Shown here: positions 38,745-48,497 of the stretch, piece by piece | Position numbering within the stretch: position 1 is the first letter of the stretch | How the letters are laid out: every line of letters starts with the position of its first letter | Assembly (NCBI GenBank): GCA_021298155.1 | Contig: JAJTEN010000003.1 | Span: 31,388-95,387 of the forward strand | Direction: 5' to 3' | Length of the DNA stretch: 64,000 nucleotides | Source: Sphingobacteriales bacterium | Lineage (GTDB): Bacteria; Bacteroidota; Bacteroidia; UKL13-3 | Program-made: the position numbers and the translations under genes | The notes under the pieces: generated by a model | What the model saw: the letters and a program-made list of their open reading frames with translations, nothing else | Told to the model about the DNA's origin: nothing | Databases searched by the model: none

Positions 38745-41202
38745 TTACAGACAAATCAATAGGTGCATTCACTTTTTCAGGCAGCAATGCAAAATCAATC
38801 ACTTCATGCATTTCCTTCACATAGGTAAAGTTTAATTCACTCAGGTAACTCTCATTAATTTCTAATACATCCTTCCGATTAGCTTCGCAGAGAATAATAT
38901 CTGTAATACCAGCTCTTTTAGCTGCTAAGATTTTCTCCTTAACGCCACCAATTGGTAGCACTTTACCCCGCAGCGTAATTTCACCCGTCATTGCTAAATT
39001 AGACCTTATTTTTCTTTGCGTATAAACAGAAGCCAAAGAAGTTAGCATCGTAATTCCAGCAGAAGGTCCGTCTTTTGGCACAGCACCCGCAGGCACATGG
39101 ATATGTAAATCATATTGATCGAAAACCAACGGATTTATGTCTAACTTTTCGCAATTGGCCTTCAAAAAACTAAGAGCAGTAATAGCAGATTCTTTCATCA
39201 CTTCCCCTAAATGTCCGGTAAGTGTTAATTTCCCTTTACCTTTATGCAGGATACTTTCAACAAATAAAATCTCTCCACCAACGCTGGTCCAAGCCAAGCC
39301 CGTCACCACACCAGCTACTTCATTACCTTGGTAAATTTCTTTATCTCCTCGATCTACACCTAACATTTTAACAAGCTGCTCAGGCGTAATTTTTTTAGAA
39401 TATGAATTCCCCATCACCTTTTCTCTAGCGATGTGTCGGGCTACTGTAGCAATTTGCTTTTCCAAACCTCGCACGCCACTTTCACGCGTATATCCTTCAA
39501 CTATTTTTTTAAGAATTTCTTCACTTAATTCAAAATCCTTTGGTTTCAAACCATGATTTTCTTTTTGTTTTGGAATTAAATATTTTTTAGCAATTTGAAC
39601 CTTTTCTTCGAGGGTATAACCATTAATCTCTATAACCTCCATTCTATCTAGTAAAGCAGGTTGAATTTGATCTAAAGAATTTGCCGTTGCCACAAACATC
39701 ACATGAGACAAATCATATTCAATTTCAACAAAATTATCATAGAAAGTAGCATTTTGTTCTGGATCCAATACCTCTAATAAAGCACTGCTTGGGTCGCCTC
39801 TAAAACTCATTCCCATTTTGTCTACCTCATCTAAAACAAACACGGGATTATTTGATTTTACCTTTTTAATATTTTGAATAATCCTTCCTGGCATAGCACC
39901 AATATAAGTTCTGCGATGACCACGAATTTCACTTTCATCACTTAAACCACCCAAAGCTACTCGAGCATATTTTCTTCCTAATGCTTTGGCAATGGATTTT
40001 CCCAGAGAAGTTTTTCCCACACCTGGAGGTCCGTATAAACATAAAATCGGACTTTTCATATTGCTTTTTAGCTTAAGCACAGCAAGATATTCAAGAATTC
40101 TTTGCTTCACTTTTTCTAGTCCGAAATGATCCTCATTTAAAATCTTTTCAGCCCGCTTTAAATCAAAATTATCTTTGGTATATTCTTCCCAAGGTAAATC
40201 TAACAGCAATTGCAAATAATTGAGTTGAATTCCATAATCTGGTGCCATAGGATTGGATCTTCGCAAACGATCAATTTCTTTAGAAAAGGCTTGGTTAACC
40301 TTAGCAGACCATTTCTTATTTTTCGCTGCCTGCAATAAATTATCTATATCACGCTCCGGAGAATCTCCGCCTAACTCTTCTTGTATGGCTTTTATTTGTT
40401 GTTGCAAGAAATAATCTCTTTGCTGTTTGTCTAGGTCGCCGCGAACTTTACTTTCTATTTGGGCTTTAATCTCGGCATATTGAAAATCTTTTTTTAGTGC
40501 CTCCAGCACCATATGGGCTCTCTTTTTGTATGGCAAAACCTCTAAAATCTCTTGTTTCACATTGGTTTCTGCGTTTAAATTAGACGCTACAAAATTCACC
40601 AAAAAAGTAGGGCTCTTTATTTTACTAATAGCCATTGCTGCCTCACTGGGCATATTTGGCGACATATTTATAATTTTCTGCGAGTAATCTTTAATTGATT
40701 CTGAGAGCGCACGTGCCTCTTCATCCTCCTCAAAAATTGGTTCAGGCAGCGCAGAAATAGTTGCTTTTAAATAAGGATCGGTACTTAGTGTAGAAATAAT
40801 TTCGAACCTTCTTTTACCTTGAATAACGGCCATGGTGCTGCCATCTGGCATTTTTATCATTCGTAAAATGGTAGCAACAGTTCCAATTTTATGCAAATCA
40901 CGCTCTTCTGGTTCTTCAATGTCTGACGCCAATTGTGCTACCACTCCCACCAATTTATCCTTCGTTTTATTGGCTTCTTTGAGCAACTGTATGGATTTAT
41001 CTCTTGCCACAGTAATGGGCATTACCACGCCGGGGAATAGAATGGTATTTCTGAGCGGCAAAATTGGCAGAATTTCTGGGAGCGACTCCTTGTTCATGAT
41101 ATCTTCCTCTTCCTGACTCAACAAGGAGATAAAATCTGAACTATCATTATCATCATTTATTATATTACTCAAAATCAACCTATCGTGCATATTTCTTTTC
41201 AT
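38716..41202 (-). CDS. lon: ATP-dependent endopeptidase La (Lon protease)
   Basis: LON N-domain, AAA+ domain (GPPGVGKTSLGKS, VFVLDEVDK), protease domain with catalytic Ser in PKDGPSAGITM. 3' end overlaps the convergent rluA-like gene by 29 nt. Confidence 0.95.
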   Translation of the reverse strand: MKRNMHDRLILSNIINDDNDSSDFISLLSQEEEDIMNKESLPEILPILPLRNTILFPGVVMPITVARDKSIQLLKEANKTKDKLVGVVAQLASDIEEPEERDLHKIGTVATILRMIKMPDGSTMAVIQGKRRFEIISTLSTDPYLKATISALPEPIFEEDEEARALSESIKDYSQKIINMSPNMPSEAAMAISKIKSPTFLVNFVASNLNAETNVKQEILEVLPYKKRAHMVLEALKKDFQYAEIKAQIESKVRGDLDKQQRDYFLQQQIKAIQEELGGDSPERDIDNLLQAAKNKKWSAKVNQAFSKEIDRLRRSNPMAPDYGIQLNYLQLLLDLPWEEYTKDNFDLKRAEKILNEDHFGLEKVKQRILEYLAVLKLKSNMKSPILCLYGPPGVGKTSLGKSIAKALGRKYARVALGGLSDESEIRGHRRTYIGAMPGRIIQNIKKVKSNNPVFVLDEVDKMGMSFRGDPSSALLEVLDPEQNATFYDNFVEIEYDLSHVMFVATANSLDQIQPALLDRMEVIEINGYTLEEKVQIAKKYLIPKQKENHGLKPKDFELSEEILKKIVEGYTRESGVRGLEKQIATVARHIAREKVMGNSYSKKITPEQLVKMLGVDRGDKEIYQGNEVAGVVTGLAWTSVGGEILFVESILHKGKGKLTLTGHLGEVMKESAITALSFLKANCEKLDINPLVFDQYDLHIHVPAGAVPKDGPSAGITMLTSLASVYTQRKIRSNLAMTGEITLRGKVLPIGGVKEKILAAKRAGITDIILCEANRKDVLEINESYLSELNFTYVKEMHEVIDFALLPEKVNAPIDLSVTINHTSPIV

Positions 41203-41252
41203 TATGTAAATCTAAAAATCTTGGCGTATGAATCTTTACAATCCTTGTGCCA

Positions 41253-41999
41253 TTAGTTAATTACCTGACCAAAATACCTATCTATTAAAATGGCACCTGC
41301 CATAGCCACATTTAAACTTTCGGCCGAACCCAATTTTTCGATAGAAATACTATGATTGATAAACGGCCTCAATGCTTGACTCACGCCTACCCCTTCATTT
41401 CCAAGCAGTAAAACCATATTTTTCTCAAAATTAAATTTTCGAGCGGCTGATCCATTCATCTCTGCAGCCACAACTGGAAATGTAAGTGATTTAAAAAAAA
41501 CTGACAAATCGCCATACATTAATTGAACCCTACCGAGTGAACCCATGGTAGCTTGAACCACTTTGGGATTAAAGGCATCCACTGTATCAACACTGCATAG
41601 AATATGTTTAATGCCATACCAATCTGCTAAACGAATGATGGTTCCTAAATTACCTGGGTCTTGCACTGTATCTAATGCAAGTATTAGTCCCGACATTTGG
41701 CTTGGGTTAAACCCAGCAATTGGTATTTTAAACAAGGCAACAACCTCTCGTGGACTCTTTAAAGCACTTAATTGAGCCATTTCTTTTTCACTTAAACAGG
41801 TAATAGTGGCAAATTTGGATAACTTTGCTTTATTCCCTGAAAGCCACTCATCGTATGCAAAAACTTGCACCAATTCACAATTTGCGTCAATTAAATCTAA
41901 AACAGATTTGCTTCCTTCAGCAACAAATAGCTTATTTGCATACCGATTTGATTTTTCTGATAAAGATTTTACCAATTTGATAGTTGCTTTCGTTAACAT
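41253..41999 (-). CDS. TrmH/SpoU-family RNA 2'-O-methyltransferase
   Basis: SpoU motifs LLLGNEGVGVS and ESLNVAMAGAIL. ATG at 41999 (MLTKATIKLVKSL) preferred, because the track's longer form has a non-homologous hydrophobic extension that collides with the divergent gene. Confidence 0.75.
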   Translation of the reverse strand: MLTKATIKLVKSLSEKSNRYANKLFVAEGSKSVLDLIDANCELVQVFAYDEWLSGNKAKLSKFATITCLSEKEMAQLSALKSPREVVALFKIPIAGFNPSQMSGLILALDTVQDPGNLGTIIRLADWYGIKHILCSVDTVDAFNPKVVQATMGSLGRVQLMYGDLSVFFKSLTFPVVAAEMNGSAARKFNFEKNMVLLLGNEGVGVSQALRPFINHSISIEKLGSAESLNVAMAGAILIDRYFGQVIN

Positions 42000-44292
42000 A
42001 CGTGTAGTATTAGTTCTTGCTATTTCTATAGTAATGATGCAGGCTTGCAATTTATCAAAACTTGCCCAAAAAGAAGGTGCATTTTTATATAAAAACAAAA
42101 TAGACATCAAAGAAGCCAGAGAATCTCGCATGTTTAGCAGTAATATTGATGCGTATATAAAACAAATTCCAAACAAACGCATACTACAAGTTACACGCTT
42201 AAATCTCAGAATGTACCAGTTGGGCAATGCCTTTCCAAATACTTGGCTGGGGAGAACTATTCAAAAGAAAATGGGCGAAGCTCCGGTTATTTTAGATAGT
42301 AATTTGATAGAATCATCTACGCGTGGTATTGCTGGCTACTTAAAAACTGAGGGATATTTTTATCCAACTATTACCTATGATGTAGTTGGAAAAGCACATA
42401 AAAAAACGGTAATATATAAAATTAGTACCGGGAAAGCTTATCATATTTACAGAATTGAACAGCACATTGCAGATAAAAAATTAGATTCATTGGTTCAATC
42501 TCAATTTGAACTGAGCCATATTAGGTATGGCAATCCACTTAAGTTTGAAAACATGCTTAAGGAAAAAAACAGAATTACAGATCAACTTAAAGACCAGGGT
42601 TATTTTTCTTTTAGCAAAGACTTTATAGAATTTGATCTAGACACTGCCATGAAAAACTATCGGGCTATGATAGGTATTAACATTAGCAATCCAGATGGAT
42701 TTAAAAAATACAACACGTATAAACTGAACAAAATATTTATAGAAATTGAAAACAAAGACCATTCAGGTAAAATATCAGATACTACACATTTAAACACCTT
42801 CAGTTATCAATTCAATAATTTTCCGCTTAACCCACAAGTTCTCAGCAGAGCATTATTAATTGAACCTAAGCAAAGTTTTAACCAAACACTATCTAGCAAT
42901 TCATTCAGCAGGCTAAACGACTTACAAATATTTAGATCAGTTAATATGTCGGCCATACCGCATAATGAACAAACAGATACACCAAGTATAGACTATATCA
43001 TAAAACTTCAACCAAGCACAAAATACGACTTCACAATAGAACCACAAGCCATTACTTCGGATCAATCGAATTTAGTAACCGGCTCAACGGGTAGAAATTA
43101 CGGACTTGCCTCTCAGATTACACTTACCGATAAAAATGTATTTAATCATGCCGAAATTTTGCAGTTGAGTTACCGACTTTCTGTGGAGGCTCAACGGGGA
43201 TTTAACATACCTAGTTCTACTTTTTTCAATAGTTTTGAATCTAATTTATCGGCAAGTTTAATATTCCCAAAACTATTATTTCTGCCAAAACTCGATAAAA
43301 GGTGGAATAAATTCACCAATAAAAGTCAGTTAACCGCCACCTTTATTTGGGAAGAAAATGTAAACTGGATCCGCAATGTATATGCCATAGGTTTTAGTTG
43401 GCAAAAGATTAGACCCTATTTTAATCAATATTTTGTACCTGCCGAGATCAGCTATATTAAAACAGATTTTAACAATGCACTGTTGGCAGAGCAAAGTAAA
43501 AACGACCCCTATTTACAAAGTGTTTTCAATAATAATTTAGTAACCGCTTCGCGTTATGGTTTTGTATTTAACAACCAAGGAAATATTAGAAAGAAACATT
43601 ACACTTATATAAAATGGGACGTACTTGAATTAGCAGGTACCTTGATAGATCAAGTTTATCCAATTTTGGGTATTCAATCAGATACAGGCTTTAATAAATT
43701 TCTTGGTGTCCAATATTTTCAATATGCAAAAACCTTTGCAGACATTAGGTATAATCGCTATTTAGATGAAAACAACAGATTGGCATCAAGATTAGCCATC
43801 GGTGTTGCCATACCTTACGGAAATTCACCAGATTTTGTTCCATTCGATAAACGATTCTTTACTGGTGGAGCCAATAGTATTCGTGCTTTTTTACCAAGAT
43901 CAATTGGTCCGGGAGCCTACAATGCAGAAGGAAATACAGACCGTAGTGGAGATGTGCGATTAGAATTTAATGTAGAATCAAGATTTAATATTTTAAATCA
44001 TTTTATAGAAGGGGCAATCTTTGTAGATATGGGTAATATTTGGAGAATAAAAGAAGATGGACGTAATGAAGAAGTATTTGCCTTCAATACTTTTTATAAA
44101 CAATTGGCCGTTGGATCAGGCCTAGGATTAAGATTAAATCTAGATTTTTTAATTGTGAGACTAGATGCAGCTGCACCAATTATTGACCCGCGCAAACCAT
44201 TGAACAACCGAAATGTACTGAGCAGTTACAGTGATATAGGGGTGCTTTGGAACAATACTATTTTAAACTTTGGCGTTGGATACCCATTTTAA
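41977..44292 (+). CDS. Omp85 (BamA/TamA)-family outer-membrane protein, probable lipoprotein (TamL-like)
   Basis: C-terminal Bac_surface_Ag barrel (RFFTGGANSIRAF...GDVRLEFNVESRF...GAIFVDMGNIW...NFGVGYPF). A signal peptide with lipobox (MIVAFVNIRVVLVLAISIVMMQAC) exists only if the in-frame TTG at 41977 is used. The first ATG (42034) gives no signal peptide. Confidence 0.7.
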   Translation: MIVAFVNIRVVLVLAISIVMMQACNLSKLAQKEGAFLYKNKIDIKEARESRMFSSNIDAYIKQIPNKRILQVTRLNLRMYQLGNAFPNTWLGRTIQKKMGEAPVILDSNLIESSTRGIAGYLKTEGYFYPTITYDVVGKAHKKTVIYKISTGKAYHIYRIEQHIADKKLDSLVQSQFELSHIRYGNPLKFENMLKEKNRITDQLKDQGYFSFSKDFIEFDLDTAMKNYRAMIGINISNPDGFKKYNTYKLNKIFIEIENKDHSGKISDTTHLNTFSYQFNNFPLNPQVLSRALLIEPKQSFNQTLSSNSFSRLNDLQIFRSVNMSAIPHNEQTDTPSIDYIIKLQPSTKYDFTIEPQAITSDQSNLVTGSTGRNYGLASQITLTDKNVFNHAEILQLSYRLSVEAQRGFNIPSSTFFNSFESNLSASLIFPKLLFLPKLDKRWNKFTNKSQLTATFIWEENVNWIRNVYAIGFSWQKIRPYFNQYFVPAEISYIKTDFNNALLAEQSKNDPYLQSVFNNNLVTASRYGFVFNNQGNIRKKHYTYIKWDVLELAGTLIDQVYPILGIQSDTGFNKFLGVQYFQYAKTFADIRYNRYLDENNRLASRLAIGVAIPYGNSPDFVPFDKRFFTGGANSIRAFLPRSIGPGAYNAEGNTDRSGDVRLEFNVESRFNILNHFIEGAIFVDMGNIWRIKEDGRNEEVFAFNTFYKQLAVGSGLGLRLNLDFLIVRLDAAAPIIDPRKPLNNRNVLSSYSDIGVLWNNTILNFGVGYPF

Positions 44293-44310
44293 TGGAACGC
44301 GAATAAGCAA

Positions 44311-47300
44311 CTATTTATCGCGTACTAAAGTAAGAGAACCTCTGGCAGATTTTGGTTCTGGATTTCCATTCATTGCATAATTAAATACAAAATAATAAAC
44401 TCCTTCAGGACACTCAGCACCCACATTAAAGTTGTTACCATTCCAATTTATACCATCATTTCCGAACCCATCTTTTTTTGATTCAAAAACTTTATTACCC
44501 CAACGGTTAAAAATAACTAAATCGTACGATGAGTAACCAACAATATCAATATCAAAAGCGTCGTTACTATTATCGTTATTGGGCGTAAAAATATTAGGAA
44601 TATTCACACGAGCATCGGCTGGAAGTGTTATCTTACAAATAGAATCCCAACAATCTTGCGCATTATATGCAATTAGGCAAACCGTGAAAGAACCTGCTGC
44701 ACCTATAAAATTATGAGAAGGATTTTCGAGCGTACTCTTATTTTTACTACCACTCATTGGATGTCCAAAATCCCATTCATACCTTACAGCGAATTGGGAG
44801 GTATTTTGAAATTGTATGAATGGTAATTTTGTTTGATCCATATCAAAATCGGCTATTACATCGCTCACTGTAATCAATTTATAGGCTGTATCAACACAAA
44901 TAGCGCCCGGCGAAAGCGGATATAATTTAACCCTATACGTTTGCTTGTTTCCGTATGTATACTGTGTAACCGTATCTGGAAACAAAACTTGTTTAATGGG
45001 TGAACCATCACCAAAATCCCAAACAAAAGCTGGAACCAGTTGAACCGGACGAGCTGTTAAATCAAAAGGTTCGTCTTTACATACCGTATCCGGGGCATAA
45101 ATATTTGCGCGAATAGCAGGCAATACACGTATCGTTCTTACTGGCGAATTAACATTTAATGAATCTGGAAAACTAGCCAAACAGGTTTTATACTGACCGG
45201 TAAGTGGGTTAAAAATAGTATCTTCTCCCACTACATATATTTTGTAAATACCAGCTTGAGTATATATGTGCTTCACATTAGTATCTAATTTGGTACTGGC
45301 AATCGCATTATTTTGATCCCTAAAATACCATACCCAATTTATTAAAGGGTAGCCTGTTGTATTTTTCAAAACAAGTTGAAAGGGTGCGCAACCAACTGTA
45401 TCAGAAACTATATCAAACCTTGGTCTTGGACCATCAATCCAAATTGGAATACTTGTAGAATCAATACAACCATTGATAGATTCAATTTTTAACTTAACCG
45501 TATAATTCCCATTAGCAGTATAATCATGAACCGGATTTTGAACCAAACTATTGTTTTTATTATCGCCAAATTCCCAGTTCCAAGCAACAATTTTATCATA
45601 AGGCAAGTCTCCATATAAAGCAGAAGAATCGAAATATTTAGATTCATCTGTAAAAGGCAAGATTTGTGGCGCGCACAAATACCTAGCTTGCATACTTTTG
45701 ATAGCAGCTTGCACATCTACTACCTTAACTTTTATGCTATAGGCAAGGGTATCTCTGCAGCCAATACTATCTACCGAAACCATTTTTACAGTATAATTGC
45801 CAACCCTATCATATTTATATTTAGGTAATGATCCCGATGTTATAAATCCTTTTCCATCGCCAAAATCCCAATACAATTGTTCTTTTCCCGCTGGAGCTCT
45901 GCTTGGGTCGCGCCAATATTTATAGATTGAGTTAAAATAACTAACATCATCTTCCATTATCGCCCCTTCATTTAAACAAACAATAGGTTTCTCAGGCTTA
46001 AAACTTCTGGCAAATCCAAAGAATGTAGTTATCTCATACCTTAGAACACAGTTTCGGGTATTGGTAATTGTTACAGATATGCGCTTTATACCAGGCGTGG
46101 TGAAAGTATAAAACTGACTGGGTATAATTGAATCATTCGGACCATAATTGAGCGTAAAAACACCACCTGGAGCATTAAAATTTATAACCACTCGCTTTAA
46201 ACTATCTTGGATAGAATCTGCCATTGAAACCTTCACACGCCAGGGTCCACAACCCTCATTGATGCGTTCCAAAGAAAAAAGTGGGTTAATTGGAAAAAAG
46301 CGAAACATATTATGGTACCAGGCTGTGTCGTAACAATCCTTCCCATTTTTATCTTTACCATTTTTAATAATTAAACCAACAGTAACATAGCCAAGCGGAT
46401 TACATGTTTTACTGTAAGAATGAAAAAATTGATTATCAAAAGTATCAACTTGAATCCACATTGCATTTGGACAGGCAGAATCTGGCATGTACCAAGCAAG
46501 TTCTCTACCGCAAAGCGGTAAAGTTTTTTTCAAATCAAAAACTACCACCTCATTTAAACAAGGGAAAGCAGGTGTATAAGTGAGTCCGGGTCTGATCGGA
46601 TTGCTCGTGCTATCCCAACCTGCATCGGGTGCAGTTAGTTTTAGAGCCGCCTCACTTGTATCAAAACACCCTCTGCTTATATCACCTAAAATTAATTTGG
46701 CATTATAACATTGATCTTTCCCATCAAGGTATCTATGCCAAACATTGGCACTATCTTTACTGTACCTGCAATTTACACCAACGTTTATATTGTTCTTTGT
46801 ATCAGTAGTACAAGGAGGGGCAAATGCATCATCAAAATCCCATAACCTGTACATAGAACCATTTCCATAATAGCAAGAATTATCGCCCACTGGTGTTCTG
46901 AACCTAACTGTATCATACACCTCACATTGAATGCTATTGATAATTTTATCTGCACGCGTTTCAATTAAAGATTTTGGTCCATATACATAAACGGTGGTAT
47001 CTGTTCTAGTAAAACAAGAACCAATTCGAACATACATACGAACATTATATGCACCACAATCATCAAAATTCATAGAATCAGAAAAAACAGCGGCACTTGT
47101 ATCAACCCTATTGGGATTTCCAATTTTGTAATAGGCCCAATAAACATTTGCAATATTGGGATTATTCGATTTGAACCTAAAGCCGTTACCTTTATAACAC
47201 ATCGAAGGCGTTTGAAAGTAAATGGTACTGTCAATTTTATAATTTTTACCGGCTGGAGCAAGGGTAAAAGTATCTCTGCACCCATTTTTATCTATCACAC

Positions 47301-47982
47301 TTAATCTGGCATTAAACTCACCCGCAGTAGTGTAGGTGTGAATAAAATTAGTCCACGGACTGCTAGCTGTGTTGCCATCGCCAAAATCCCAATGATAACT
47401 ATTTAAAGCAGACAAAGGCATATTAGAAGTATTGTTAAAACGTACGGGTGTTTGATTACATTGAACAGCATATGTGGTAGTAAAACTAATGTTCTGCATT
47501 TTGGCAAACACTGTTACATGATCTATTTTTTCCTTACGAGATATACAATTATTGGCATCTGTAACTTCTAATACAATTGTGTATACACCGCCTAATGGGT
47601 TGGTGTAATTGTGGCAAATATTTGTTGGCCCACCTTGAGGCGGACTATAAAAAGAACCATCACCAAACAAAAAAAGTCTGGTAGTTAGAGGTGCATTATC
47701 TAATCCTGGTGAAGATAAATCTTGCATACAACTTTGGTTTCCTCTAAAACATTGAGTGAGCGCCGTGCTCATATTAAAATCAGCTTTAGGGTTGTCTACT
47801 ACATCAATTGTGTCTCCAAAAACAGTGCAAGAACTTGCATTAGAAAAAGTAACTGTTACCCTTGGCACAAAACGACCACGCGCTGGGTATTGATATACCG
47901 GGCTACCCTGGGTGCTGGTGGCACTGTTACCAAAATTCCAAGCATAGGAATATATGCAAATAAGACAAAAAAATTGCTTAAT
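44311..47982 (-). CDS. multi-PKD-domain surface protein with T9SS type-B (gliding-motility-associated) C-terminal sorting domain; start codon unresolved
   Basis: Repeated W-x-FGDG PKD cores (HWDFGDGNTASS, YWDFGDGKG, NWEFGDNKNNS, VWDFGDGSPIK, EWDFGHPMSG). CTD block NIFTPNNDNSNDAFDI...VIFNRWGNKVFES...GVYYFVF. The frame is open upstream of the track's GTG (47868) to 47988 and there encodes a signal-peptide-like segment plus a PKD core. Confidence 0.8.
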   Translation of the reverse strand: MKQFFCLICIYSYAWNFGNSATSTQGSPVYQYPARGRFVPRVTVTFSNASSCTVFGDTIDVVDNPKADFNMSTALTQCFRGNQSCMQDLSSPGLDNAPLTTRLFLFGDGSFYSPPQGGPTNICHNYTNPLGGVYTIVLEVTDANNCISRKEKIDHVTVFAKMQNISFTTTYAVQCNQTPVRFNNTSNMPLSALNSYHWDFGDGNTASSPWTNFIHTYTTAGEFNARLSVIDKNGCRDTFTLAPAGKNYKIDSTIYFQTPSMCYKGNGFRFKSNNPNIANVYWAYYKIGNPNRVDTSAAVFSDSMNFDDCGAYNVRMYVRIGSCFTRTDTTVYVYGPKSLIETRADKIINSIQCEVYDTVRFRTPVGDNSCYYGNGSMYRLWDFDDAFAPPCTTDTKNNINVGVNCRYSKDSANVWHRYLDGKDQCYNAKLILGDISRGCFDTSEAALKLTAPDAGWDSTSNPIRPGLTYTPAFPCLNEVVVFDLKKTLPLCGRELAWYMPDSACPNAMWIQVDTFDNQFFHSYSKTCNPLGYVTVGLIIKNGKDKNGKDCYDTAWYHNMFRFFPINPLFSLERINEGCGPWRVKVSMADSIQDSLKRVVINFNAPGGVFTLNYGPNDSIIPSQFYTFTTPGIKRISVTITNTRNCVLRYEITTFFGFARSFKPEKPIVCLNEGAIMEDDVSYFNSIYKYWRDPSRAPAGKEQLYWDFGDGKGFITSGSLPKYKYDRVGNYTVKMVSVDSIGCRDTLAYSIKVKVVDVQAAIKSMQARYLCAPQILPFTDESKYFDSSALYGDLPYDKIVAWNWEFGDNKNNSLVQNPVHDYTANGNYTVKLKIESINGCIDSTSIPIWIDGPRPRFDIVSDTVGCAPFQLVLKNTTGYPLINWVWYFRDQNNAIASTKLDTNVKHIYTQAGIYKIYVVGEDTIFNPLTGQYKTCLASFPDSLNVNSPVRTIRVLPAIRANIYAPDTVCKDEPFDLTARPVQLVPAFVWDFGDGSPIKQVLFPDTVTQYTYGNKQTYRVKLYPLSPGAICVDTAYKLITVSDVIADFDMDQTKLPFIQFQNTSQFAVRYEWDFGHPMSGSKNKSTLENPSHNFIGAAGSFTVCLIAYNAQDCWDSICKITLPADARVNIPNIFTPNNDNSNDAFDIDIVGYSSYDLVIFNRWGNKVFESKKDGFGNDGINWNGNNFNVGAECPEGVYYFVFNYAMNGNPEPKSARGSLTLVRDK

Positions 47983-48045
47983 TAGTTCTTAAATTTTAGA
48001 ATAAAGCTCATAAATATGCTTTTGTTATCTGTTTTCATTCAAAAA

Positions 48046-48084
48046 CAAAAAAAAATCACGCCAGTTTTGGCGTGATTTTTTTTT
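48046..48084 (-). terminator. Rho-independent (bidirectional-looking) terminator after the cold-shock gene
   Basis: AATCACGCC-agtttt-GGCGTGATT, flanked by an A-run on one side and a T9 run on the other; 20 nt past the csp stop. Confidence 0.7.
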
Positions 48085-48104
48085 AAAATGTAATAGATTA
48101 GTAA

Positions 48105-48296
48105 TTAAACTAACTGAACTTTAACTGCGCTTGGGCCTTTTTTGCCTTCTTCAGTTTCAAAAGTAACTTTGTTACCTTCTTCTATATCGTTCATTAAACC
48201 ATTTGCGTGAACAAAAACATCCTTACCACCATCATCAGGTGTAATAAATCCAAATCCTTTGGAAACATTGAAAAACTTAACTGTACCTTGTGTCAT
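48105..48296 (-). CDS. cold-shock protein (CspA family)
   Basis: [20 protein letters not shown] (RNP1) and DVFVHANGL (RNP2); 63 aa. ATG at 48296 preferred over the track's extended start. Confidence 0.92.
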   Translation of the reverse strand: MTQGTVKFFNVSKGFGFITPDDGGKDVFVHANGLMNDIEEGNKVTFETEEGKKGPSAVKVQLV

Positions 48297-48314
48297 TATA
48301 TAAAAATTGAATGG

Positions 48315-48322
48315 CAAAGATA
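48315..48322 (-). promoter_or_regulatory. -7 promoter box (TATCTTTG) upstream of the cold-shock gene
   Basis: Minus strand reads TATCTTTG-ccattcaatttttata-ATG. Confidence 0.35.
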
Positions 48323-48497
48323 AGGCAAGTTTCCGTAGTAGCACTATCTTATTTATTTTCAGGCAATTATTTGTAAAATAAATCAGAGCAACCCTTAGGC
48401 AAACCTAAAGATATTGCCAATAAAATAAATCTTAAATAAATGAAAGAAACTTAAATAGTGTACTACAATTTCCTGAAGATATCATATAAAAACTCAT

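Noticed and set aside
42000-42227. N-terminal 76-aa extension of the TrmH-family ORF (track start 42227)
   Set aside because: The extension is hydrophobic and shows no methyltransferase similarity. It overlaps the divergent Omp85 gene by more than 200 nt. The internal ATG at 41999 gives a normal ~249-aa SpoU-type protein.
47722-47985. 87-aa plus-strand ORF at the 5' end of the PKD gene
   Set aside because: It is antisense to a stretch that encodes a recognisable PKD core and signal-peptide-like segment on the minus strand, and it has no motifs.
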